Assembly: GCF_963506605.1 (NCBI RefSeq)
Contig: NC_083276.1
Coordinates: 82,460,001 to 82,524,000 of the forward strand
DNA length: 64,000 nucleotides
Source of the DNA: Zootoca vivipara
Taxonomy: Eukaryota
Reading direction: 5' to 3'
The translations under genes and the position numbers were made by a program. How positions within the stretch are numbered: position 1 is the first letter of the stretch; the number at the start of each line of letters is the position of its first letter. This document shows positions 1 through 11,773 of the stretch, piece by piece. The notes beneath the pieces were generated by a model. That model was given only the letters and a program-made list of their open reading frames with translations. It did no database searches and had not been told where the DNA came from.

Positions 1-459
1 AAAGCCACAAATATATGCACCTATTACTAAGACCAGACAGAGCTTTTTAGACATGGCAGCAAAATAGAGTAATGGGTTGCAAATGGCAGTGAAACGATCA
101 TAAGCCATAATAGCTAGAAGACAAGTTTCAACTGTGATAAATAAACACAAAAAGAAAAATTGCATGGTACACTCTGTGAATGCAATAGCATTGCTGTTCG
201 CTACAAAGGTCATCAGCAACCTGGGAGCGATAGTAGTGGAATAGCAAACATCAACCAAGGACAGGTTGCTGAGAAAAAAGTACATGGGAGTGTGCAGGTT
301 TGCATCAAGGGTAGCTAGTATGATGATGCCAATATTTCCTGACACTGTGACAATGTAGATCAAGAGGAACAGCAGGAAGAGAAGGGCCCACAGCTCTGGA
401 TATTCCATAAAGCCCAGAAGGATGAATTCAGTCACCATGGTTTGATTTGTGTACTCCAT
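1..459 (-). CDS. Olfactory receptor, class II family 5-like (MEY subfamily); 5' half only, runs off the window edge
   Basis: Manual translation from ATG at 459: [17 protein letters not shown]...[13 protein letters not shown]...[15 protein letters not shown]. Open for 153 codons to the edge. A polypyrimidine-TAG acceptor lies about 20 nt upstream. Not in the ORF track because no stop falls inside the window. Confidence 0.93.
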   Translation of the reverse strand, partial: MEYTNQTMVTEFILLGFMEYPELWALLFLLFLLIYIVTVSGNIGIIILATLDANLHTPMYFFLSNLSLVDVCYSTTIAPRLLMTFVANSNAIAFTECTMQFFFLCLFITVETCLLAIMAYDRFTAICNPLLYFAAMSKKLCLVLVIGAYICGF

Positions 460-817
460 TATTTATCCCATAGTTTCCCTAGGAGGAAAAGCAAAAAGCA
501 AATAAAAAACAAGTAATTTTATTTATTTATTCTTAAAAATTATCATGAAAACATGCCAGCATTTTAGTGTGAAATTCTTTCAATAAACACATTTTTGCAT
601 GCAGTTTCAATTAATATATACCGTACATATTAGAGTGATTTCACCTAATTCAGTTCTCTGTGTTATTTCCAGTAATGTATTCATTTTTGTGCACCCTTCC
701 CCCAATATATGCATTTTTGTACATTTTATTAGGTGGAAGAACTGCATCACAAAATTCAGAGAAGTGTAGATTTGGTCAAAGATTTGGGTTATCATATTGG
801 TTTGAAAAGTGCAAACT

Positions 818-1052
818 GAGTTTGGATTTGATATCCCACTTTATCACTACCATAAGGAGTCTCAAAGCGGCTAACATTCTCCTTTCCCTTCCTCCCCCAC
901 AACAAACACTCTGTGAGGTGAGTGGGGCTGAGAGACTTCAAAGAAGTGCGACTAGTCCAAGGTCACCCAGCAGCTGCATGTGGAGAATCAGAGACATGAA
1001 CTCGGTTCACCAGGTTACGAGAATACCGTTCTTAACCACTACACCACACTGG
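818..1052 (-). mobile_element. tRNA/MIR-derived SINE (Squam3-like)
   Basis: Reverse complement starts CCAGTGTGGTGTAGTGGTTAAG (A box), has a GGTGACCTTGG core and ends GATATCAAATCCAAACTC. Paralog at 28272-28540. Confidence 0.8.
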
Positions 1053-2109
1053 TGTACACCAGACAAGACAGTACAGGACAGACTTAGGACCTAAGAATGC
1101 AGGTTGTGCCAAAAACAGCAGGGTAAGGAGTAATTTCAAATGAAAGGCAGGAGGGGGTGCTGAACCCTATCTCTGCTCTCCACTTTCCCACTGCAAACTG
1201 CTCACACACCTGCTTTTCTCCGAGATGCAATTTGAGATTAGCAATTAATGACAGGATTCACCTAACCAGCCTTGTCAGAGGAAGACACAGACTTATACTT
1301 TTACACTTTCTACCCTCTTCTTCCTCAACACCCCAGAAATTGGCTCAAGGGGGTTGGGTAATCAGTACACTTACGAAAGAGACGGGGATCATTTCATCTG
1401 ACAAACTGCAATACTTGCACAGACAGAATATTTAGAAAAGTGTGGCATTAGCCTAATTCATTTTGCCCATTCACAACTAGGATTTTTTTTAAGTGGCTAT
1501 ACGTTTTGACAGGAGTGGATGATATCTGCAAACATAGTAGCCTCTTTCCCCAAGCAGCTTGGAATGATAAATGTAATTTTTTCTTGATTAGGCAAAATAC
1601 CAACAAAAATTGATATGTATTTCCCTAAAGTTTTTTAAAAAAAAATAAATAAATAACTTTGCAAATGTTGTGGAAACGGGGAAAACAGAATTAGTGACTG
1701 GAAAAAATAAGGCAGTAAGAAAAACTGAAATTGACATATTCACCAATGTCTAATTCTGACAAGTGTCACAAGTTTTCCCACATCATCCATATGTTTTGTT
1801 CACAAAACGTTGGTCTTTTAGAATATCCTTAATGAGCCCTATTACAGCAAAGGGGGAGCTCCATGTAGTCTTTCTAAATCCATCAAATTTGAGACTTCCA
1901 TATAATTTCATGTTTCTTTTCCCACATTCTTTTTACTTTTAATGTCATCATCTCTGCCACTTGAGTAAACAGAACTTTAAAGCTGGGGGAAATTGTGCTC
2001 TTCTTCCTACTGAAAGTGTGTGTTCGCATACATTTGTTAGCCTGCTGTGGCAAAAGAAAAAAGAAAAAGAACATTCCTGCAATGTTTAAGCTGCAAATAG
2101 ATGGAACCA

Positions 2110-2224
2110 GAGAATTTTGAAGTTGGAAGGGACCACAATGATCATCTAGTCCAATCCCCTGCAATATGGCTTGAATCCACAACCCTCAGATTAAGAATCT
2201 CCTGTTCTACTGACCGAGCTATCC
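2110..2224 (-). mobile_element. Short tRNA(Lys)-derived SINE with CR1-type tail
   Basis: Reverse complement GATAGCTCGGTCAGTAGAACAGGAGATTCTTAATCTGAGGGTTGTGGATTCAAG followed by GGTCCCTTCCAAC. Paralog at 27201-27307. Confidence 0.65.
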
Positions 2225-2568
2225 TTTCCCTTTCACAGAAAGAAAGCAGAGATATTGCATTAACCCACTTCCCTCAATGCCCAACTAATATGACGAGTCC
2301 CTTAAATCTGAAAGTTAAATGTTTTATCTGAGCTGAGGTTTAAAATTTGGCTGCAAAGCCTCATGAAAACACTGCTTGGCTAATTAGTTTCAGTCCACAT
2401 TTCTGGAGATCTGATTTATCTTTTGATCTCTTAACAGTCACAGGCAACATGCAGGAGACAACATGTAGCAAAGTGTGCCAGCCATACGACTTATGTGAAC
2501 AGAAAATGAAAATAAATTCTGTATAACTGAGATTTTATCAGATTAGTCAACATAGCCCAAGTAACGTT

Positions 2569-2792
2569 ACCTTTGAAGGTGATAGATGTCATTTCTAAAG
2601 CCTTCCAAAATGAGATGCGTAGATAGAACTGCTCATTTTATACTTGGTTTGGTATTGCCTAGAAACCAAATCCCTGAAAGATATGAATGAGAGCTGTATC
2701 ATTAAAATGTTGTGTACGACCTCTTAGCATAATCACCTGAGGACATGCTGTGTGGGAATTTGTTCTTGTTCCCACTGTTCATCCTTAATTAG
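2569..2792 (-). promoter_or_regulatory. Putative OR promoter/exon 1 cassette A, for the OR at 1-459
   Basis: On the - strand: CTAATTAA (2785-2792), GTCCTCAGGTGA (2733-2744), TATAAAA (2636-2642), donor AAG|GTAAC at 2570. Confidence 0.6.
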
Positions 2793-3139
2793 TTTGAAAC
2801 AGGACTACTGGCTGTCCAATTTGGTAACAACCCTCATTCGTTATTTTTTTCTACCTTGTTTTAAAATAAGCTCATTGATAAAGAGTATGGTAGAATCAGA
2901 AGATTCTTTATTTGCATCAGCCGCTAGCCATAGCAATGAAATAAAATGGAATATACTGAAGACAGGGGTAAAGACTTGACTATACAAAATACGTTCTGGA
3001 GGTATACATCAAAAATCAAATAAAAGATCTTATTCTAATTGCCCCTACTAAAATATTGCAGTTTTTGCTGTCATCTGATTACCTTGATCTGCTAGAAGAA
3101 AGGACACAGTAGCAATGGTTGAGCGACCTGGTATGGATA

Positions 3140-4334
3140 GTTGTTGCTTAGTCGTTTAGTCGTGTCTGACTCTTTGTGACCCCATGGACCAGTGCATGCC
3201 AGGCACTCCTGTCTTCCACTTCCTCCCGCAGCTTGGTGAAACTCATGTTTGTAGCTTCAAGAACACTGTCCAGCCATCTCGTCCTCTCTCATCCCCTTCT
3301 CCTTGTGCCCTCCATCTTTCCCAACATCAGGGTCTTTTCCAGGGAGTCTTCTCTTCTCATGAGGTGGCCAAAGTATTGGAGCCTCAGCTTCACGATCTGT
3401 CCTTCCAGTGAGCACTCAGGGCTGATTTATTTCAGAATGGATAGGTTTGATCTTCTTGCTGTCCATGGGACTCTCAAGAGTCTCCTCCAGCACCAAAATT
3501 CAAAAGCATCAATTCTTCGGTGATCAGCCTTCTTTATGGTCCAGCTCTCACTTCCATACATCACTACTAGGGAAACCATAGCTTTAACTATACGGACCTT
3601 TGTCGGCAAAGTGATGTCTCTGCTTTTTAAGATGTTGTGTGGGTTTGTCATTGCTTTTCTCCCAAGAAGCAGGCGTCTTTTAATTTCGTGACTGCTGTCA
3701 CCATCTGCAGTGATCAAGGAGCCCAGGAAAGTAAAATCTCTCACTTCCTCCGTTTCTTCCCCTTCTATTTGCCATGATCTTAGTTTTTTTGATGTTGAGC
3801 TTCAGACAATATTTTGCGCTCTCCTCTTTCATCCTCATTAAAAGGTTCTTTAATTCCTCCTCACTTTCTGCCATCAAGGTTGTGTCATCTGCATATCTGA
3901 GGTTGTTGATATTTCTTCCAGCAATCTTAATTCCGGTTTGGGATTCATCTAGTCCAGCCTTTTGCATGATGAATTCTTCATATAAGTTAAATAAGCATGG
4001 AGACAATATACAACCTTGTTGTACTCCTTTCCCAATTTTGAACCAGTCAGTTGTTCCATATCCAGTTCTAACTGTAGCTTTTTCCATAATCCAGCTATTT
4101 GGTCTCTGGTTCCTCTGCCCCTTTGAAATCCAGCTTGTACTTCTGGGAGATCTCGGTCCACATACTGCTGAAGCCTGCCTTGTAGAATTTTGAGCATAAC
4201 CTTGCTAGCGTGTGAAATGAGTGCAATTGTGCGGTACTTGGAGCATTCTTTGGGATTGGGATGTAGACTGATCTTCTCCAATCCTCTGGCCATTGCTGAG
4301 TTTTCCAAACTTGCTGGCATATTGAGTGTAGCAC
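3140..4334 (-). mobile_element. RTE-BovB LINE, 3' half (RT domain and CAA tail), degenerate
   Basis: Fragments VLHSICQQVWKTQQWPEDW, QGCILSPCLFNLY, LRYADDTTL and MYGSESWTIKK; 3' end GACACGACTAAACGACTAAGCAACAAC. Confidence 0.93.
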
Positions 4335-6066
4335 CCCTTCATGGATCACTGCCTTGTCGTGGCAATAACTTAGAGAAGTTATGTTTTGACCAAATGTGAT
4401 CCACCTGGAGAAGGAACCAACAAGCCACTCCAGTATCCCTGCCAAGAAAACTCCATGGACAAAGACAACAGGCATATAAAAATTATGACGCTGGAAGATG
4501 AGCCCCTCAGGTCGGAAGGCGTCCAACATGCTACTGAGGAAGAGCAGAGGACAAGTACAAGTAGATTCAGAGCTGATGAAGCAGCTTGGCCAAAGCCGAA
4601 AGAACACTCAGTTGCGGATATGCCTGGAAGCGAAAGGAAAGTCCGATGTTGTAAAGAAAAATATTGCATAGGAACCTGGAATGTAAGAACTATGAAGGAA
4701 GGTAAGCTGGATGTGGTCAAAAATGAGATGGCAAGAATAAATATTGACATCCTGGGCATCAGTGAACTAAAATGGAAGGGAATGGGTGAATTCAGTTCGG
4801 GTGACTATCATATCTACTACTGTGGGCAAGAATCCCGTGGAAGAAACGGAGTGGCCCTCATAGTCAACAAAAGAGTGGCAAAAGCTGTAATGGGATGCAA
4901 TCTTAAAAATGATAGAATGATCTCGATACGAATCCAAGGCAGACCTTTTAACATCACAGTAATCCAAGTTTATGCACCAACTACCGGTGCTGAAGAAACT
5001 GAAATTGATCAATTCTATGAAGACTTACAACACCTTCTAGAAATGACACCAAAGAAGGATGTTCTTCTCATTATAGGGGATTGGAATGCTAAAAGTAGGG
5101 AATCAAGAGATAAAAGGAACAACTGACAAGTTTGGCATTGGAGTTCAAAATGAAGCAGGGCAAAGGCTAATAGAGTTCTGTCAAGAGAACAAGCTGGTCA
5201 TCACAAACACTCTTTTCCAACAACACAAGAGACGACTCTACACATGGATATCACCAGATGGGCAGCATAGAAATCAGATTGATTATATTCTCCGCAGCCA
5301 AAGATGGAGAAGCTCTATACAGTCAGCAAAAACAAGACCTGGAGCTGACTTTGGCTCAGATCATCAGCTTCTTATAACAAAATTCAAGCTTAAACTGAAG
5401 AAAGTAGGAAAAACCACTGGGCCAGTAAGATACAATCTAAATCAAATCCCTTATGAATACACAGTGGAAGTGAGGAACAGGTTTAAGGATTTAGATTTGG
5501 TGGACAGAGTGCCTGAAGAACTATGGACGGAGGCTCATAACATTATACAGGAGGCAGCAACGAAAACCATCCCAAGGAAAAGGAAATGCAAGAAAGCAAA
5601 ATGGCTGTCCAACGAGGCCTTACAAATAGCGGGGGAGAGGAGGCAAGCAAAATGCGAGGGAGATAGTGAAAGATACAGGAAACTAAATGCAGATTTTCAA
5701 AAAAAATAGCAAGGAGAAACAAGAGGGCCTTCTTAAACGAGCAATGCAAAGAAATAGAGGAAAACAATAGAATGGGGAAAACCAGAGATCTGTTCAAGAA
5801 AATTGGAGATATGAAAGGAACATTTTGTACAAAGATTACCATAATAAAGGACAAAAGTGGTAAGGACCTAAAAGAAGCAGAAGACATCAAGAAGAGGTGG
5901 CAAGAATACATAGAGGAATTATACCAGAAAGATATGGAGGTCTCGTACACCCCAGGTAGTGTGGTTGCTCACCTTGAGCGAGACATCTTGGAGAGTGAAG
6001 TCAAATGGGCCTTAGAAAGCACTGCTAATAACAAGGCCAGTGGAAGTGATGATATTCCAGCTGAAC

Positions 6067-6071
<5 letters not shown>
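4335..6071 (+). mobile_element. RTE-BovB LINE, 5' half (5' UTR, APE endonuclease, linker), inverted relative to its 3' half
   Basis: APE motifs GTWNVRT, LGISE, QVYAPT, IGDWNAK, IDYIL and SDH; ends at GSDDIPAELF. Frameshifts near 5091 and 5700. Confidence 0.93.

Positions 6072-6116
<45 letters not shown>
6072..6116. repeat. (ATT)n microsatellite
   Basis: Direct reading. Confidence 0.97.
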
Positions 6117-6258
6117 TAAAAAGAGAGAGATGTTTTGTTGCATCTGGGGTGGATGAAGGCTCCAGATGCACCATGACATTTCTTCTCTCTGTGGTCCTCC
6201 CAGTGGTCTTTCCTCCTTTGGTCACTGCTGTAGATACATGATATGACTGTCTCTAGGC

Positions 6259-6578
6259 AAGGGGTCAGCAAACTTTTTCAGCAGGGGGCCGGTCCACTGT
6301 CCCTCAGACCTTGTGCCGGGCCAGACTATATTTTTTAAAAAACTTTGAATGAATTCCTATGCCCCACAAATAACCCAGAGATGCATTTTAAATGAAAGGA
6401 CACATTCTACTCATGTAAAAACACCAGGCAGGCCCCACAAATAACCCAGAGATGCATTTTAAATGAAAGGACACATTCTACTCATGTAAAAACATGCTGA
6501 TTCCCGGACCATCCGCGGGCCGGATTTAGAAGGCGATTGGGCCGCATCCGGCCCCCGGGCCTTAGTTTGGGGACCCTG
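6259..6578. mobile_element. Non-autonomous hAT (Charlie-type) MITE
   Basis: Imperfect TIRs (A)AGGGGTCAGCAAAC / GTTTGGGGACCCTG; 8-bp TSD CTCTAGGC at 6251-6258 and 6579-6586; internal duplication of about 63 bp (6361-6423 and 6432-6494). Confidence 0.88.
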
Positions 6579-7079
6579 CTCTAGGCACTGTGGTTGTCTG
6601 CCAGGAATTCCCACATGGTGGGGTTAATGTTGCCAGCCTTCATGTATCGTTTGCAGAAATCTTTTTAATACAGAGCTGGTCATCCAATTGGCCTGCTTTA
6701 CTTCCTGCTCAATGTTAATTTTTTTAATTTTTTTTTAAAAAAATATACTTCACATTTTAAATATAAATCAAAGACATCATGGTTTGCAAAGAATTATAAA
6801 ATTGTTAAGACAATGAAAAGTAGTTTACACTACTAAAATCATGGTTAGCACTCAATTGTAGTAATCTGGGTGCCACATTAGAAAAGGCCCTGTCTTGCAT
6901 CCCAACCAATCATTCTTCTGGATATGAGACACATGTTGAAAGCCTCTGAAGTAGAGCACAGTCAATGCACAGGATTGTGTTTCTTTGCCACGGACCAGCA
7001 TAGAGCAATATTACAATCTCATCTTGTTACCATCCTGCTCAGAGATTACAAAGAAAGTTGAGGAGGGAGCTTGCAAGGT

Positions 7080-7950
7080 TCATCCCAGCTGGAGTCAGCT
7101 CCAAAGTTGCATAGACTCTCTGATGAGTCTGCTTTGATCTCCTCTCCTCTCCTCTCCTCTCCTCTCCCAATTAACTCCCATTTGTGCACAATATGGCATA
7201 GACTCTCCAGGGGGAGTTGCATCTTTCCCTCCCAGTTGTCCTCAGTCTCCAGGGTTAGAGCAGATGAAGGGGAAAAAACTGGGCTGGTCTTGAGGAAGAG
7301 GATTTTTGGAGTGTTCATGCACACCTGGCATGAGATGCAGGGCTGTAAATCAAGCAGAGCGCATTGAAGAACTGGGGTGGTAGGAGCCTAGGACTGCTGC
7401 CTTTGCCACCTACAGCATCTCCGGGATGCCCTGTGGAGCCTGGAGTGCTGAGAGACAGGACTGGAGGCTGGAGAGTCTGCAATGGAGGAGGTGTTTATTA
7501 TTTATTTTTATTTCAAGTGGATACCAAAGGGGTCATTTCAAGAAGAAGTGCATGGGGTAGAGAGGGACGGGGGGGGGGGGGCTACACCAGACACTGAATA
7601 AAAAAATGCTGGAGTGAAAGAAAGGAGGGGTGGAAGGGGGCAGTATGCTTAAGAAAAATGGATGAGTTTTTAAAACTAAAATCAGGATTGGAGATAGAGC
7701 TATATTGATTCACAAAAGCCCAGTTGTATTTTTTTTTGCTCCCAACACCTGTGTTTTTAAACTACTGCAAGTGCTTGGGTAATAAATTGTGGCGTTGTGT
7801 GTAATGTAGAAATTTAGAAATGTCTGCTTTTGGTGTGAAAAGAGGTCCTTGCCATTGTTATTTTGGTGGACTACAATTCCCATCTTAAACACAGACTTTG
7901 TGGAATAAATGTTGTGTGTGTTTCAGTTTAAAATAGAGGCTGTGTAGGAG
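7080..7950 (+). promoter_or_regulatory. Duplicated non-coding block upstream of MEY-type ORs (paralog at about 11250-12560); candidate regulatory region
   Basis: CCAATTAACTCCCAT is shared (7167 and 11321). O/E-like TCTCCAGGGGA at 7204-7214. The duplication is seen directly; the function is inferred. Confidence 0.4.
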
Positions 7951-8814
7951 TGCTTCAGTTGAAGTGCAGTGCTTGGGAAATCCTGTTTTGATATCCAGTG
8001 CAGTCTTCCAATTGTTAAAAACACTGACAGAGAAAGATCCATTATTTTCTCTTTCAATATATTTAACAAAAATATATGTCACAGGAGACAGACTATTCCA
8101 ATCAGGAGTATTCATTGTTCCAATTACGATTAAACATTTCATTCATGGTTTCAGCCAAGAGGAGACTGAATCAACTGAATCACTGGGACATACTAACATG
8201 CAGACACCCTTTGTGTATACAGGGCATAAAGAATGTCAGGACTGCGACATTCAGGACTGTGACAGATGTGGTCCTCATGTGACTCTAAGTCCATAGGACA
8301 TTCCCAAGGTAACCCTTATTCATTAGACAATGTCTTCCATGAGCCTCCTCAAGTACTTTTGCCTGCCTGGAAGGTGATATTGAATTATCCCACTGAGCTT
8401 CAGGTTATGGGAGGTGATAGGAAGAATTGGTCCCTGATTTTTGAGTGAATTTCTGAGGTGCACTAGCGGTGGAGGTTAAATTGAATTTTGTTTACATTAA
8501 ATGACTTAATTTGTACTTCTTGAACCAACATGCAAACCAAGATTCAGCTATCCTTAGAAAAGGGGGACTTCCCTGATTTTTATGATGCCACGTTCTAAAA
8601 AGAACATTAGGTACAAATATGCATATATTCGTGAAAACAACATTCAAAACTAGATTATATAAGGAAAAAATCACTTCAAAAATTGTCATATTAGTCAAAA
8701 CTGCATAGAAAAATGTGCTTATTACAATATATTTGCACTAAACTGCTAGGAAACTGCTGGGATTAAAAATATATACTTTTATTTTCTTCCTACAGGGAAA
8801 CTTTGGAGTAAATA

Positions 8815-9747
8815 ATGGAATACACAAATCACAGCATTGTGACTGAATTCATCCTTCTGGGCTTCATGGATCATCCCGAGTTGTTGACCATTCTCTTCCT
8901 GGCATTTCTCTTGATCTACATTGTCACAGTCTCAGGAAATCTTGGCATCATCATCCTAGCCGCTCTTGATGCAAACCTTCATACCCCAATGTACTTTTTC
9001 CTCAGCAACCTGTCCTTGGTTGACGTTGGCTATTCCACCACGATTGCTCCTAGGTTGCTGATGACCTTTCTACAAAAGAATAGCACTATTACATTCACAG
9101 AGTGTACTATGCAGTTCTTCTTTTTCTGTCTGTTTGTCACAGTTGAAACTTGCCTTCTTGCTGTTATGGCTTATGATCGCTTTACTGCCATTTGCAACCC
9201 ATTACTCTATTTTGTTGCCATGTCTAAAAAGCTCTGTCTGGTGTTAGTAATAGGTGCATATATTTGTGGCTTTGTAAATTCTGCTGCTCAGACTTCGGTG
9301 ATATTTAGCCTGTCTTTCTGCAGCTCAAATGTTATCAATCATTTCTTTTGTGACGTTCCTCCCATCCTGAAACTTTCCTGTTCAAGCACAGAACTGGCTA
9401 ACACTGTGCATTTCATCTTTGCTACTTCAATAATCATGACCACTTTGTTGATTATCGTCATCTCCTATACCTACATCATTGTTGCCATCCTGCGGATTCG
9501 CTCTGCCCAGGGCAGACACAAAGCCTTTTCCACTTGTGCCTCTCACTTCATGGCAGTTACAATCTTTTATGGGACCATCATCTTTATGTATCTGAGGCCC
9601 AATTCTGGGGTCTCAGATGAAGATAAAATTGTTTCAGTGTTCTATACTCTTGTGATCCCGATGCTAAATCCATTGATTTACAGTTTGAGAAATAAAGATG
9701 TGAAGGATGCTTTCATAAAAATGAGAGGGAAAATTTCATTAAAATAA
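8815..9747 (+). CDS. Olfactory receptor, class II family 5-like (MEY subfamily), 310 aa
   Basis: [45 protein letters not shown]; N-glycosylation sequon at N5; acceptor TTTTCTTCCTACAG ends at 8795. Confidence 0.97.
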   Translation: MEYTNHSIVTEFILLGFMDHPELLTILFLAFLLIYIVTVSGNLGIIILAALDANLHTPMYFFLSNLSLVDVGYSTTIAPRLLMTFLQKNSTITFTECTMQFFFFCLFVTVETCLLAVMAYDRFTAICNPLLYFVAMSKKLCLVLVIGAYICGFVNSAAQTSVIFSLSFCSSNVINHFFCDVPPILKLSCSSTELANTVHFIFATSIIMTTLLIIVISYTYIIVAILRIRSAQGRHKAFSTCASHFMAVTIFYGTIIFMYLRPNSGVSDEDKIVSVFYTLVIPMLNPLIYSLRNKDVKDAFIKMRGKISLK

Positions 9748-11684
9748 TACATTGTCTTTTCAAAATGAGTTTGAGTTTTGAATAGATAAAGATGTGGATT
9801 TGTTTTTTTGCGAGTTGCCTGGTAAATTGCCTTTTTGTCTACACCTGCTGAGTGGCAGTTGTAGTCCATTGTGTGTAAATGGGTTGATTCAATCACTTTT
9901 GGTGGTTAGGTGCAGGAAGCAGGTTTAGCCTAAGTGATCTTCTTAGGAGTTGGCCCCAAGGCTGGCTTTTGGGACTCTTTCGCCCAGGGGCTCTCCACAG
10001 AGTTTACAATTGTTTTCTGCACTTACCGAAGTTTCTTTCTACAGGTTTTGATTGGTTTGGTTTCAGAATCAATAAAGTGGCTTGAAAGCCAACCTAATAT
10101 ATCTGACTTTTTATTCAGCCATCAGGTCACAAGAGCAGTATTCAATGATCTAAATAGTGGAACAACTAGACTGTGAGTCTAGTTGTTCTATTTGTCCTGC
10201 TCTATGTTACTCTCTTTTATTTATATGGAAAATCATAACTCACCTTTATTTATCAGATTACTTCACAGTGGCTCCCATCTTCAAAAGCCAATATAAGTAG
10301 CCCAAACTTCTAAAATCAATTTTTGTACTCATTTTTAATAAACAGTTTACACCAACAGAAGGATAAAATAAAGCCACACTAAAACTCAGCCGAGTAAAAT
10401 GGTTCTAGCTGCTAATCTGAAGTGTAAAGTGGGGAGATCAGATGAATGTTTCTCAGGTGGGTATTCTACAACCTCGGTGTTTTGAAAGAAAAGGCCCTGC
10501 CTTGCATCCCAATCAGTGATGCTTCTCAACATGGTGAGACACAGAAAAGACCCTCTGAAGTTGATCACAATTGATGCACAGGATTGTGTGAATTGCAATG
10601 GGATTTATTTTTGGCCGAAGTAGGTTGGGCCCCTCTTGCCTGGTGGGGTAAGGACTAGCGGAGCTTCAACTGAGGGGCAGAGTTCTGCCCGTATCATGCT
10701 CCTGTGGGGTTTCACAGGAAGAAGCTCTACCTCTGAATTTTGGGAAAGAAGGTTGCTGGTACAGATGCAGAAATTGCATTGGGCGGGATCAACATAGTAA
10801 AGGGGGCTCCTCATAAGGGGTTTGAGGAGGGGGATTGGGCATGGCACCCCAAGCTCAGGAGTTGAATTCCTGGTTGGAATCCTCACCCCGGTCAGCCAGC
10901 AAAATCCTGCAAACTTTGCAAGTGCAGAAATAGCCTTCTTGACCCTTGGACCCACTATTGGTCTTGTCCAGGGCTAGCTGAACCTGAGTCCCTTCCAACT
11001 TGACAATTCCATGATTCTATAATATGGGGGAATGGTAAAATGCTTTACTCATTGTATTGTTATATAAGTTGAAAATATAGAGGGCCGGAGATATGGGGCT
11101 GTATGATCCCCAAGGGCTGACCTGGAGTCTCCAGTTTTGCCTTGCTTTTTCCAGGTGGCAGTGGGAGAGCTTGGATCTACTGGTGGGCAAGAGTGTCTTT
11201 AAAAAAACAAACATGTTTTTTAAAGAAGACTGCAGGTGGAGCTAGTAAGCTTCAGCCCAGCTGGAACCAACTGCAAATTATTGCATACATTTTCTGAGGA
11301 GTCTGCCTTCCTTCCCTCTCCCAATTAACTCCCATCTCTGCAAATTATTGCACAGGATCTCCACGGGGCTACATCCTCCCCTCCCAATTAAACTCAGTCT
11401 CCTGGGCTTAGTGGTGGGAGGGAGAGCAGCAGAAGAAAAGGAACTGAACTGGCCTCAAGAGGAAGATGGGGCTTTGAGTGAACTTCCACACCCAACATGA
11501 GATGCAGGGCTGGAAACCAAGAACAGTAAACTAAAGAATTGGAGTGGCAGGAGATTAGCACAGATGCCTCCGCCACTGCAGCATTTCTTTGATGGCCTAT
11601 GGAGCCTGGAGTGCTGAGAGACAGGACTGGAAACTGGAGAGTGTGGACAAGAGGAGGTGTTTATTATTTATTTTCATTTGTAGA

Positions 11685-11773
11685 CATAGCTGCCAAGTTC
11701 TCCCTTTTCTCATGAGGAAGCCTATTCAGCATAAGGGAATTTCCCTTTAAAAAGGGAGAACTTGGCAGCTATG
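11685..11773. mobile_element. 89-bp hAT micro-MITE
   Basis: 24-bp TIR CATAGCTGCCAAGTTCTCCCTTTT; 8-bp TSD TTTGTAGA; absent from the paralogous site near 7510. Confidence 0.9.

Larger units (their letters stand above)
818..3141. repeat. Inverted segmental duplicate of 25128-28507
   Basis: Colinear reverse-complement similarity throughout, e.g. 3001-3097 vs 26365-26463, including the shared SINEs and promoter cassette. Confidence 0.92.

Noticed and set aside
6361-6494. CRISPR-like or other repeat-spacer array
   Set aside because: Only two copies, inside a hAT MITE in eukaryotic DNA; no array or cas genes are present in the window.
6865-6980. Conserved element recurring near 10485, 21755, 39990 and 62710
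   Set aside because: Its reverse complement resembles the L2 3' end (AGGGCCTTTTC..TG.TGGC); best explained as old LINE remnants carried along by OR duplications.
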